A stretch of 64,000 bases of DNA from Octopus sinensis (Eukaryota), in the NCBI RefSeq assembly GCF_006345805.1, contig NC_043017.1, positions 14,198,001 through 14,262,000 of the forward strand, in the 5' to 3' direction. The notes beneath the pieces are model-generated. The model was not told the origin of the DNA. It saw only the letters and a program-made list of their open reading frames with translations, and made no database searches. This document shows positions 1 through 11,931 of this stretch, in pieces. The translations under genes and the position numbers were made by a program. The first letter of the stretch is position 1, and every line of letters starts with the position of its first letter.

Positions 1-145
1 GAATTGTTTGGAGTGTTGGAGAAAAAGCCTTTTAGTTTCAGCCACAGACTGAGTTCAAATCCTGCTGGGGTAAAATTTTCTTTCATTCTTCCAAGGTTGA
101 TAAAATAAAGTACCAGTCAACTACTAGGGTTGATTTAATCAACTG
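1..145 (+). mobile_element. SINE family A fragment
   Basis: Contains ctgagttcaaatcc...ttgataaaataaagtaccag...gttgatttaatcaact, a core that recurs in about ten degenerate copies in the window. Boundaries approximate. Confidence 0.6.
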
Positions 146-589
146 ATACTGATATTGCAAAGGAATTTTTTTTTAATAGGAGACAAACGCTGAAAATTGC
201 AAACAAGCTTTCTGAGTGCTCTTTGTGTTTCAAAGATGGACGACAAAGTTAACCCCAACATCTACAATATTCCTGTGAGAGCAGTGATTCTAGACAGGTT
301 TATTTATCACTGAAAGACATAAATGAGGGACTAATGGCACTCAAATTCAATAATTAAAGGGATATATGGCATATCCATCTGTCGTCACAGAAGAACAAAC
401 ACAACTAAAATTAAGCAATGGTTATTCCTTTACCATTTTCTATGACATGAGCAGCAGAGGTTCTTAGATTCAAAAACAAAATTATTATAGATAAGACCTA
501 AGGAAGGAGCCTCTATGTGGTTGCTTTTTCAGTTACAAATAGCACAGAATTGCTGGTCTTGTGCCAAAATATGAAGTTATTCTTAAGAG

Positions 590-1040
590 TGGTGCAATAG
601 CAGGATCACCAAAGTGTTGAGGAATAAAATATTCATTCATTCCAGTTCTTTTATAACCTGTCAACTTTGCCTTTTATCCTTCTGAAGTCAAAAAAATGCC
701 AGTCAAGTCCCTGCTTCAGGGATCTGGACAAACACTCCCCTCAAAATTGTTAGACTCGTGCCTAAATTTGAAACACTTCTTATGATTATTATTATTATTT
801 ATTATTATTATTATTAAGGTGTTAGACTGGCAGAATTATTAGAGCATTGCACTTAATGCCTCACAGCATGTCTTCCTGCTCTTCATGTTGTGAGTTCAAA
901 TCCTGCTGAGGTCAACTTTGCCTTTCATCTTTTCAGGATCCATAAACTATAGTTCCAGTCAGGTAGTGGGGTAAATATAATGGACTGACACCCCTCCCTG
1001 AACATTGCTAACTTTGTGATTAATTCATCATCATCATTCT
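590..1040 (+). mobile_element. Two adjacent SINE family A copies separated by (TTA)n
   Basis: gtcaactttgccttt(t/c)atc core at ~660 and ~911. The second copy has a tRNA-like head (ctggcagaattattagagc...tgagttcaaatcc). Confidence 0.65.
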
Positions 1041-1119
1041 TATTATTACATTTTCTATGGTTTCCAGCAATTTTCTACATAATTGAGGTGGTTTGTAGAG
1101 TACACAAGGTGCCTGGCCT

Positions 1120-1320
1120 ACTAGTTAGGGTGCTGCACTTGTGATTATAGAATTGTGGTTTCAATTCCCAGACTGACCGTGCCTTGTGTTTTTCAGCAAA
1201 ACACTTCATTTCATATAACTCCAGTCCACTCAGTTGTAAATGAGAGACCTTGGTGTACAGGGATGGATTTTCCTGAGATGGTGACTCAGGAAAATCACCT
1301 AAATGGAGGCCTTGCAAGCT
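1120..1320 (+). mobile_element. tRNA-derived SINE family C, degenerate
   Basis: tagttagggtg...gtggtttcaattccca...ccagtccactcagttg resembles the better-preserved copy at 45157-45375. Confidence 0.6.
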
Positions 1321-1804
1321 ATATTTTGTATTCACTGAAAGGATGAACAGCACAACCTGTTCTGTGAATTCTGATTTGTTGGGACTGGTGGTCGTTCAAC
1401 CATGTCAAAAGATGCAGCTGCTGCAGTATAATATCCCAGCATTAATTTCTCGACAGACCATGTCTTCCTCCCAACAACAAAAGCTTTCTCTCTGATGAGC
1501 TTCCCTACAGTTTCCATCTACCAAATTTCACTCACTAAGCTTTGGTTGACTTGAAGCTATGGCAGAAAACACACAGTGCAATTGTAATGGAGAAGCCAAG
1601 AGAAATCCCTTCCATGATCTTTAGAAGATGCGATTCATGGAAATTAAGTTTGGAAAAAGAAGACCAAAAGACTCCCACACAATACCAACATTTACAAACT
1701 CTAAAAGAATATCTTAGTAAGAGCAGCTGGTTCATAAGGAAGAAATATGCTGCCTATACTGCTAGGGTTAATGCTTGGACAGGGTTCTACAGAATATATT
1801 ACAA

Positions 1805-2031
1805 ATAATGATAAAAGCAACAACAATAATTTATAGTTTCAAAATTTGGAACAAGGCCAGCAATCTTAGGGAGTAAGCCAATACTGTCAATCTCAGTACG
1901 TGACTGGTACCTTATTTTATTGACCCTGAAAGGATGAAAGGCAAAGTTGATCTCAGTGGTATTTGAACTCAGTACAGAAAGAGCTTGAAGAAATATTGCC
2001 AAGCATTTCTTCTAATGTTCTAATGGCTGCC

Positions 2032-2079
<48 letters not shown>

Positions 2080-2092
2080 TAATAATAATAAC

Positions 2093-2131
<39 letters not shown>

Positions 2132-2350
2132 CCTTTCTACCAGAGGCACAAGGCCTGAAAGTTTGGGGAGGGAATTAGTCAATTATATCGACCCCAGTGT
2201 TTCACTGGTACTTAATTTATCGATCCCCGAAAAGGATGAAAGGCAAAGTTGACCTCAGCAGAATTTGAACTCAGAAAGTAGTGACAGACGAAATACTGCT
2301 TAGCGTTTTGCCTGGCCAGCATGCTAACAATTCTGCCTGTTCGTCACCCT
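1805..2350 (-). mobile_element. Two SINE family A copies flanking a (TAA)n array at ~2030-2130
   Basis: Reverse complement of the family A core: aaggatgaaaggcaaagttga(t/c)ctcag...atttgaactcag at ~1930 and ~2232. Confidence 0.75.
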
Positions 2351-2599
2351 CATAATAATAATAACAACAACTTGATTACTATATTTACTGTGTGTTCTAA
2401 TTAAGAAACCTGCCTATCAGTCTATCTGTAATTTGTACAATAGACAGATAAGACTAACATTTTAATAAACTATCAATAAATTAGCCAGAAGGACAGACAA
2501 TAGTCATACAAGGGTTTGTAAATATTGTTATGATATTCTGATGCAGTATTTGAGGCTTGTCATGCCAAGATGTACTGAATTTTTGGTTTGAGAAACTCT

Positions 2600-3075
2600 A
2601 TGGATTCAACAAATTTATTATCAAGTTCTGGCTCAGGTAAATATTCCCTCAGTTCTGGAGCCAGCAGGATTATCCAGAAGTGATGGGAAAAGACCAGATG
2701 GTCTTATCCATTGTCCCTTATCTGCCTCATCTGGGACGCCACAGTCAGTGACTCCTGTGCTCACTCCCACATCCTGGATGCTGTGGTGAATGGAAGGGTC
2801 ACTGTTTCTGTAGTTGAATGGAACAAAATCCTGAAGTATCAGGACTTATTGGTGAACCATTTCTTCCAGCCAGTGGCATTTGTGATGTCTGGAGGAGCTG
2901 GGCTGCTGACAATGAAGTTCTTGTCGTCATTAGCAGCTTGTCTTACTGAGGTGTCAGATGATGCCCATGAGTGTGCTTGGCTGTTCCAATGCCTTGCCAT
3001 CACCCACAGTAATGCCATGAATGTTTTGGCTTGCTTCTGTAAGTTCTGCTCAACCTTATACTGTGCAAACAACTG
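2600..3075 (+). mobile_element. CRE-clade-like non-LTR retrotransposon 3' fragment (restriction-like endonuclease), decayed
   Basis: Translates across a frameshift as GLSRSDGKRPDG...LIWDATVSDS...KYQDL...FFQPVAF...WLFQCLAI...N. This fits the RPDG/WDAT/KY/F-P-A-E pattern of CRE-type REL endonucleases. Confidence 0.65.
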
Positions 3076-3444
3076 ATGCACTTAGTATTGAATTGATGTT
3101 TTCCTTCTTTCTTCTTGCTTCCTTTTTTACCCACTTTTCACTCAAAATTGTGTTTTCTTTGGTTTGGGATTTTAATATGGAATATTTATGTAATTCAATA
3201 TACTTTTTATGTCAATAAATATTTTGTAAGGAGAAAAAAAAAAAGAATCTAAATTTATAAAATGGGTGTGGTGGGGGAAAGGAAGTTTAATTAGGTGAAG
3301 AAACTTGGTTTACTAAGAACCTATTGGTGCACCATAGTGCCTGCCACAACAATGACAACAACAAGAGTAATAGCAGTAGTAATAATAAAGTGATGATGAT
3401 GATGCTGCTGAAATCAGTGAAAATATAGACAGGACTTTTCTTAC

Positions 3445-3462
3445 CATCATCATAATAATAAT
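3445..3462 (-). CDS. Cav2: Candidate 18-nt microexon of the Cav2 C-tail, (D)YYYDD(G)
   Basis: Minus strand reads tttctcacttgtttccag|ATTATTATTATGATGATG|gtaaga. Both splice sites are strong, the length is a multiple of 3, and phase 1-1 matches the phase-1 exit of exon 15562-15877. Confidence 0.55.
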
Positions 3463-4751
3463 CTGGAAACAAGTGAGAAATTTATAAATTCCAAGTAGTT
3501 TTATACATCAAACATAATTGTAAAAAAACAGGTGGCAGTGGGGGGGGGGGCACTGGCAATGGTCTTTGTTGGTAAATATTATAGAGAGAAGTTAGTTGCC
3601 TCTTACAACAAACAACACAGTTAATAAGAAGTACATCATTTAAAAATGGGGATAGACAAGGTTAGGGTTAGATGGGGACATAAAAACAGAAATGAAAAGT
3701 TAGTAAAGTTTTATGATTCCAGACGAAGAATACTGTAACTGCATGTAATGTGGTATAATGTGTGGAAACATAACAGACTGAAGGTTGCAGCTGTGGACTG
3801 AAAAAATCAATGGACATCTCTTTGAATGTAGGGCATTGATATGTAAGTTCAAACTTTTCAAGAGACATTGGTCATTCAAAGAATAGAGAAGAAAGATTTT
3901 GCCTTGAATATAATGGACAAATTATTTAGTGGGAAAAACTTTTGTTCTTTCATATTGGTTTCAGGTAATTATTGTAAGAGGTGAAATAGAAAGAATAGCA
4001 AGTAATTAAAATTAAAATAGAATAAAATAATATTGAAATTTAATCATGAAACAGGATTGGAGAATGGTGAAGTTGTGGAATTGAAAAATCACTGTAAGTT
4101 TGGATGTTACAATCATAAGACAACAGAAAAAGGTGACAGTTTAAAATGGTGAGGGTATAATTAGCAAATGATAAATCATTGCCATCAATTAATAAGGAAG
4201 AGGAACGAGAAGAACAGATGCTAAATATGCAAATGAAATTAAAATGTATTGATTTGGAAAGTTCTATCAATTCCATTGAAATACAAAGAAATGATTAATT
4301 TTCCAATTGAAACTGCTTAAATAAAATTAGTTTCTTCTTTGGGGTAGGAACACTTAAATGATTTGAATAGTTTTTATTCAGTGAAATCTAAACTAAAATA
4401 TGTCAAGATGCTAGAGTATTATTTACTTGTGCCAACATAAAAATAAAATGTTAAAATTATCTTAAGAGCTTCAACGACATAGAACGTGAAAAGGAAATAA
4501 ATAACAGAGGGACAATAAGAAGGTGCTCGGCTGCGAGATAATATAATAGAAACACCAGGTGTGTAAAACATATATAATATTATCTAAACCAAGGTGAGAA
4601 ACAAACATTAAGTGGCAATTTGTATTTAAATTAGACTATAATTAATTAGAGAGAATTGGTGAAATAATACTTTTAGGGGATGCAAAAAAAAAATAGTGAA
4701 GTGGAAATAAATCTCAACAGATTTGCAAATAATTTCATTGTGGTTTCTTAC

Positions 4752-4766
4752 CTTCATAAAAATAAC
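4752..4766 (-). CDS. Cav2: Candidate 15-nt microexon of the Cav2 C-tail, (G)YFYE
   Basis: Minus strand reads tttggtccttatttccag|GTTATTTTTATGAAG|gtaaga. Strong acceptor and donor, phase 1-1, frame preserving. Confidence 0.6.
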
Positions 4767-5921
4767 CTGGAAATAAGGACCAAATTTTAGAAATATAACT
4801 TGTCGGGCAAAAGGGGACAGGGAGAATGTTTGTAAAAGAAATTCTGAATTGTTTTCGTCATATTATAACGGCTAATAATGTAAGATTTTTAATATTGATT
4901 AAAAAACAAATTGCTGGTTTCAAAATTAGACAAACTGAATATAAAAAGGCTAAATATAAGAGCCTCTATATAGTTACATGGCCTGTTAAAAATGGCAGCC
5001 AAATTTCCCTCAAATTAGACTACTATCTCATATAAGGGAAGGATACATTAGACAATATAGTCCTAGATACCCATAGAAAGCTGAAACTATGAAACAGTAT
5101 TTACAAAATGTAAATTCCCATGAAGAATATGGAAAAAATTGTGAGGAATAATGGAAAGTAACTTAGACCCAAACCAGACTTCATGCAAAATAGCCTCAGT
5201 GTTGGAAAAATTAGAATTAAGTTCCATGCATAGATGTAGATATTTGTTTTTCAAATAGACAAGGTAGTGCCCCAGCATGGCCACACTCCAATGACTGAAA
5301 CCATTAAAAAGAAATTACAAAATACAACGAAACATTTCTTTTTTTCCATTTCCCTTAATTTACAGGAAGAAAACAATACCTATGACTCTTATCAAGGTCT
5401 TTGAAAATGATGGAATGAAATTCTTTTTCAATCAAAGACATAACTTGTATACTTCCAACAGAGTGGATTCGGCCAGAGGCGCCTAAAGAGTGAAATGGTG
5501 GACGAACAGGGAAACTCAACCAAAGGTGCCTGAAGAGCCAAATAGTCGTGGAGTTAAACTGTGTGAAGAATTATGTATACCATCCCAAAACAGAATCAAT
5601 TTTCCCAGAGTTCTTGTCTACCAAATTCCACTCACAAGGCTTTGGTTACTCTGAAGCTACGGTAATAGAAGATAGTTGCTTGAGGTACCACACAGCAGGA
5701 GTGAACCCCAAATTCTGTAGTTGTGAAGTGAGTTTGATCACACTGATGAATTACATAGCAAAATATGTAAAATCAAAACCTCTGAATAGAGTCTTTTTTT
5801 ATATATGTTTTTGTATTGTTGGACTTAATTATTGAGTCTAATTACTAAACTTAGCAATTCTTGAAAGAAAACTGAAAATTTAACCAAATATTGGAATTTG
5901 TGTTTTTCTAACATAGTTTAA

Positions 5922-8034
5922 TCCTTAGAATCCGAAATGCCAATGCATTGGCACTACACCAAGGCCATACATTCTTGAAATGCCAGTCTACTGGCACTCC
6001 ACATGTCTTTATTTTGTTACACACTATTTTGAGTCAGGAACCAATCAGTGAGCCTGTTATTTCGGGTCTTTGGCATACATATTCTGACGTGGATTTCTTA
6101 TTTTGTGCTTGAATTTCGCTGAGAATGTCTTCAAAATGTGTCAGTGCTGAAGAAAGACCAGCTCAGATTCTTAGTGATGATGACGAGGATTTAGATGAGT
6201 CTGATTACAGTAACAAATGTGATTTGGAGCAAGAAACTAATGAAACCCAACAATTCTGACAGCGATCAAGGTGAACTTGTACATAATGTAGACAATGCTG
6301 CAGTACATGCCCAAATGCCTCAGGCTAATAGGAGGTGGGGGCCATAGTGATGGCGGTAGTAAACATGAATATTCCTGCTCTCTGGAGATGAGTTACAGCT
6401 GGTTTTACAGCAAGACAGTTCAGTCCTAACCACCCCACAGGCCGAAAGGATATTCCACCTCATATAAATGGAGAAAGTGGCCCCTGGATTTCCTTTCCCT
6501 GTTCTGAGACGATGTGCTTTGGGACATTTTGGTTAGAGAAAGTAATAAGAATGCCACATGTGTCAAAACCCAATAACTATGGTGCCAAAAAAGTGGTATG
6601 ACACGACAGTAAAAGAGATGAAGGCCTTCTTTGGTTGTAGAGTTGCCATAGAGATGTTAGTTCATAAGGATAGGTATGAACAGTACTGGTGTACAAAATG
6701 TAGCTTTTTGACATCAACTCCAGGATTTGGGAAGGTTGGGACAGGTTTTTAGCTAAATGGTCAATGCTGACAAGGACGATCTGAATGTAAATAAGAAAGA
6801 CAAAATATATAAGTCACAACCAATCATTGATTATATCTTACCAAGGTCTCAAAAACATTTTGAGCCTGAATGTGAGCTATTTTTAGATGAAGGCATGATT
6901 CCAACCAAAAATGCCTTATCCATAGAGCAAACAATCAAAGACAAACCCCGTTGGGGCTTGAAGACATTCTTGCTAACAGACAGTGCAAATAGTTACATTG
7001 TGAATGCTGAAGTGTACACTGGAAGGAGACCAGATGCCTGAGCAATTGATAATTTGCGTGTCACGGGGAATCTCATAGAACAAATGATGGAGAGGTATCA
7101 AGTGCAGAACTATTCACTGTTTGTGGACAGATTTTATGCATCAGTTGAGCTTGCAGAATATTTATTGGATAAAGGCATAAGACTGTGTGGAACAGTTCTG
7201 ATCAACAGGTCTTCCCTAAAGTGTCACAAAAGAACAGGCAAATTCAAAAAGGGGCATCCGTGGTTCTGTTCAATGGGAATGTTGCAGTAATGGTATAGAT
7301 GGACAAATGCCCTAAACATTTTGTTTCATCAATTTATGTGGATTCACCCATGACCTCAGTCACTAGGTATGATTGAAATGAACACAGAAAAGTACCTGTG
7401 CCCTATCCTATGGCAATGAAGAGTTACAATAACTTCATGGGAGGAACAGACAAAGCAACCAAATGACACACCTGCAAAAGTATCGGCACCATTATAACTG
7501 GCCTCGCTGATTAGTGATGAAGTTCTTTATGTGGACATCATATAATGTCTATGTTTTGCAGAGATGTTATAAGTCCCCATATCCAGCCTAACAAAAGAAC
7601 CATCACATTCCATGCTTTCCTGAATAAGCCTTGTCATGAACGGTGATGTGAGGCTCAGTACCCAAGCAGGACATGGTCATCCAGCAAGTGCAGAGAGTTG
7701 TTTGGTTGATGTTGGATTGCATGAAGTGAAACGAGCTGAACATGCAACCGCAAACAACCGTTGTGCTGTGTGCATGGCGAAACATAGGCAGGCGAAGAGA
7801 GCGAATCCTAATGCTCAGTATAAGGACTTGGCAAAACAGTCAAAGACTATTTTCTGGTGGAACCACTGCAAAGTTTCCCTCTGTATTGGGAGACAAGGAT
7901 CAAACTGATAACATGACTGGCACAACAAAGTGCAGTATTGGAAAAAGACTTGAACATCTTGTATTCTATTGTTTTTCACCATTTTGTATGGTTGTGTTGT
8001 GAAATAAGCAGGTCTTTCAGTATATATTCTAAGA
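5922..8034 (+). mobile_element. piggyBac DNA transposon, near full length, transposase pseudogenised
   Basis: TTAA at 5918-5921 and 8035-8038, with imperfect TIRs tccttagaat / attctaaga. Broken transposase shows DEGMIP...KPRWGLK...EVYTG, FVDRFY...LCGTV, YNNFMGGTD (all three catalytic Asp regions) and a C-terminal Cys-rich region (RCAVC...HCKVSLC). Confidence 0.9.
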
Positions 8035-11000
8035 TTAAAAATTTTCAGTGAAACTTGCTGGGAGCTTAGGGTGGGGCATTCAATTCCTGTGGGTGGTTGG
8101 AGTTCAAAGGTTTAATGGTTACTTGTTTTGAAGTGAGGCTGAGTGGTGAAATAAACTGTCTTTTGTGGCCTGCAATGTCAAATAAGATGCTACTAGGCTG
8201 AAAGATTCCTATGCTGTAGTGTATGATATATAATACAGTAGTACACATAAAATACAGAACAGACTGTCATTAATTAGTTGATATAGACGAGGAGAAGAGA
8301 TACTATAATAGCTCAGATGGTAGAGGAGACCCACATTGATTGAAAACAATAAACTGGGCATGAATAAATTCACTAGGCAATATGAAGGTGACAGAGAGGT
8401 TGAAAGCAAGCAACCAGTTTAAACGGATGTCTTGAGGTTCAATAAAACAGAGTTCACATAATTGCTCTGTTTTTGTCAATCCTTGACCACCACCAAGGAC
8501 CACTAAGGACTCAAGAAGTAAAAAGTGAAGAAATTACTTTATTTGTAAAGAAATTTAAGGAGAATACACACAATAATGTTAATATAGTTAATGAAATGTA
8601 AAGATGATCTCAGTGGGAATCGAAACCAGAACATAGTTTTGCTAGTCATTTCTCTCCTGTTGTACCAATTCAGCCAAAACAGGTTTTTCTTATTTTTTTT
8701 TAGTACCAAAGTATGAAGTATCAGTTATTGGTCGTTAATATGATAGGATTCTACAAAATTTTCATCGATCAAATTTCACTTACAAAACTGGGGGTGGATT
8801 AAACTTGGAACATTTTTATGAGATATTTAAATTTCAAGAAGAGAATGAAAGTGAAATATTTGAAAAGAAAATTAAATCTGTACAACCTTATAGAGAAAAA
8901 GTGGAGACAATTACCATTTCATAGAAATTGTTGAGCATCAAAGTTAGTTGGTTAGAGTTTGGTTGAAATGGTAGATTAAAACCCTTAAGTGTCCTGCACA
9001 TGATTGGCCACAACCCAATAAATTAAACCAGTGAGAGAATGAGAAAGTTTAAGATCTGTTTCTAGAACTAACTGAACAAACAGCAAGCAGTAGGAATTAA
9101 AATTTCAACACTGGAATGTAATGCTTGTTATGCTGTAGTAATGAAAATAATTAAGATAAAAACCCCAATATTTGCATAATTTCAGCTCTTTCTAATGTTA
9201 TATTTCTTTTTATAAACAGAGACAATGAATAAACTAAAAGTCCACTCTAGAGTGGACTTTTGGCATAACTGGGAGAAAGACAACCTCTTTAGTGCTGGTG
9301 TCATGTTAAAATGTACCCTGTACATTCAGCAAAATGGTTGGTGATAGGAATAATAACTATTGCAGAGGGTAATGGCACCAATAAGACTTGTCCAACTCAT
9401 ATCAGGATGGAAAAGTAGAATAGAGTTCAGAGATGAAATTCACAAGTCATTTCTAATTGTTTTGTTAGAATTTATATACTGACTAATTGCTTATATCTCT
9501 GCAACTACTCCTAAAATACTGTCATATACCGGGGTTAATTTAATCAGTTGATATACTGCTGTCTTTCAGGTTTCTTCAAACAATGAAATTGCAATTAAGA
9601 ATCTTGAAGGAGTCTTCTTCGACAGATAAAAGTGTTAACCTTAATGATTACAATTCTAGTTTGAAATCCATCAAGATGCCACAGAAATTCTATAATTAAT
9701 GAATACGATGCATATCCCCAATTGTTTTTGACAATGGTGACAAAAGAAGGAAAATGATCCTATTCGAGTTCTTGGTGTAGATCCCCCCCCCTATGCTCAA
9801 TGTCAAATAAGTTTAAACCGTCTGGGGAAGACAGTAAGGTAACTTTCACACTCCTCAATAGCTGACATCATTAAGTTACACCACCTTGAAATTACAAAAT
9901 CTTGACCAAGAATATGGATAATTTGTTTTAATATCAAGAGTGAATTGTAAACACAACTTGAAGGGTTGTACCAGGACTGAGAAGTAAACCTTTCATTTTA
10001 TGAATTCAGGGGTTCGATTTAAGTGTCAAGGGGAGGGGTGGGAGCACCAACCCTGACCTAAAAGACAACACCGTTAAAATATCAAAGAAGTTTTTGAGCA
10101 AATATTGTTGCCAAGGTTACAAGAAGATGCTACCAGATTTGATGCAGAAATAAAGAATGTGATGCTAAATTTTATTTAAAATGAAAATATTCCATGGAAC
10201 CCAAGACAAATTCCCAGTTATTCATTATATTTTGTTAATGGAGTTAGTAGAGATCACTGGTTAAATAATGTATGAACTGAGAGTGAGAAAGCAGAAGATA
10301 GCGAAAGAGTATTTAAATAAGTGTTCCCTCACACTAGAAATATCTAAACAAGAAGACATCACATAAAATGTTTTAATAAACCATTAGATACTATTAATTA
10401 AAATTTACAAACACAACTAAACCAATAGTAAATAACTGGTTTAGTTTTCTTAAAATTTATGAAAAATTTGTTGAAGTAAGGATAGCAACAATACATAGTG
10501 ATGATGGTGAAGATGATGATGATGATGATGATGATGATAGTAATGTTGCCTATAATAGAAAGAAATATTTTTAATTGGCAGAAATTATAAAGTGACTCAA
10601 AGATTGAGTTTCATGACTCATTTCTTAAAACCACTTTGTAACTTCTGCTGATTGAAAAAAGTGTGTGTGTGAAAAATGGGATTTAGCAATGATGAAATCC
10701 CTGCAAAGTTTGTGTCTCCATATAGTCACAGTTCAGTGACTAAAACCAGTAAAAGCAGAAAATTAATACAATGATGATGATGATGATGATGATGAAGATG
10801 GTGGTGATTATGATATGAATTAAACATTTTGTGTGATGTCTGTCTTTTATCAAGAACCATAGCCAGAGATTCATCTGAAAGTTAGAATATAAACATCTAT
10901 ATGAAAGTATACCCTGTTCAATTATATCCAAGTTGCTTGCTGTTCGGTTGGAAAGATCTCTGAAAAGGAGACAATATACAATTCCAATGTAATAACAGAA

Positions 11001-11931
11001 CAATAAACTAGAGTTGATGAACTAAAGTCACTAGATTAATTAACACTATTTCTTGTCTCAACAAGATTATAATTATTTAATCACTCTTTTCATTTTTCTT
11101 TTCTTCTCCCTCTCTTTTTCTTTTTTTTTGTAATTTATTTTTCTGGTGTCTTTCTTTAGATGAACCCTTTTGATAATGAGAAAAACTTCAAGCTCTCCAG
11201 CCAAGATGGCAGCTCTAGAGATCTGGGACACAATGGACAAAACCTTCGTGTAGTTTTGTAGTGTAGTAAATTTTGAGGAGGAGATGTGACGTCTAAGTCT
11301 TGATTGGAGTTGTTAAATGATAATTCAGGAACTAGAGACTTAGATTTCTTAAGACAAGAAATGTTATTATTCACTAAGTTACTTGTATTCTCCTTAGTTT
11401 AGAAATATTGTTCCAAGTTCAAATTCTAGTTTGGCAAATGTTTCTATTTACTATTTATTGGCATACACAAGAATCACAGGTTTCCTTAGAGTCTGCTATT
11501 TTGTTTTGTTCACCAAATATTAATAGAAACTTAATCTTCAGAATGGTAAATGTATGTGTGTGTGTGTGGGGGGGGGTAGTGAGATTGTAGCATGACCACA
11601 GAGATACCTTAGTAGATTAATGTAAAGTTTAAAACCAACAACAGCATCGGAACATACAATAATGTCTCTAAAGATTTGCCATGAGTTTCTTTCATCAGAA
11701 AAACAATGAGAATTTCATTCCAATTCTTTATCAGAGACAGAAAAAGAAATATTTATAACTAGGGAGGCAGTTATTAAGTGAACTTTTAAATTTCAGATTG
11801 AGAAATTATATCTATCTATCTAATATAAATATAATTTTAATACAAGATGGCTTTCATCCAAATCACTATAAGTGCCATAAAGTTATTACCAGCTGATATA
11901 TAAATATATATATATACATGTGTGTATATAT

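Noticed and set aside
1332-1517. Minus ORF ...ASFDMVERPPVPTNQ... as the next Cav2 exon
   Set aside because: No convincing acceptor, it starts in a SINE fragment, and it lacks the expected distal motifs (RxLPxxP, NFPxLNASP, DDWC).
3660-5300. Possible decayed LINE on the minus strand
   Set aside because: Only vague endonuclease-like words and no diagnostic motif that I could confirm.
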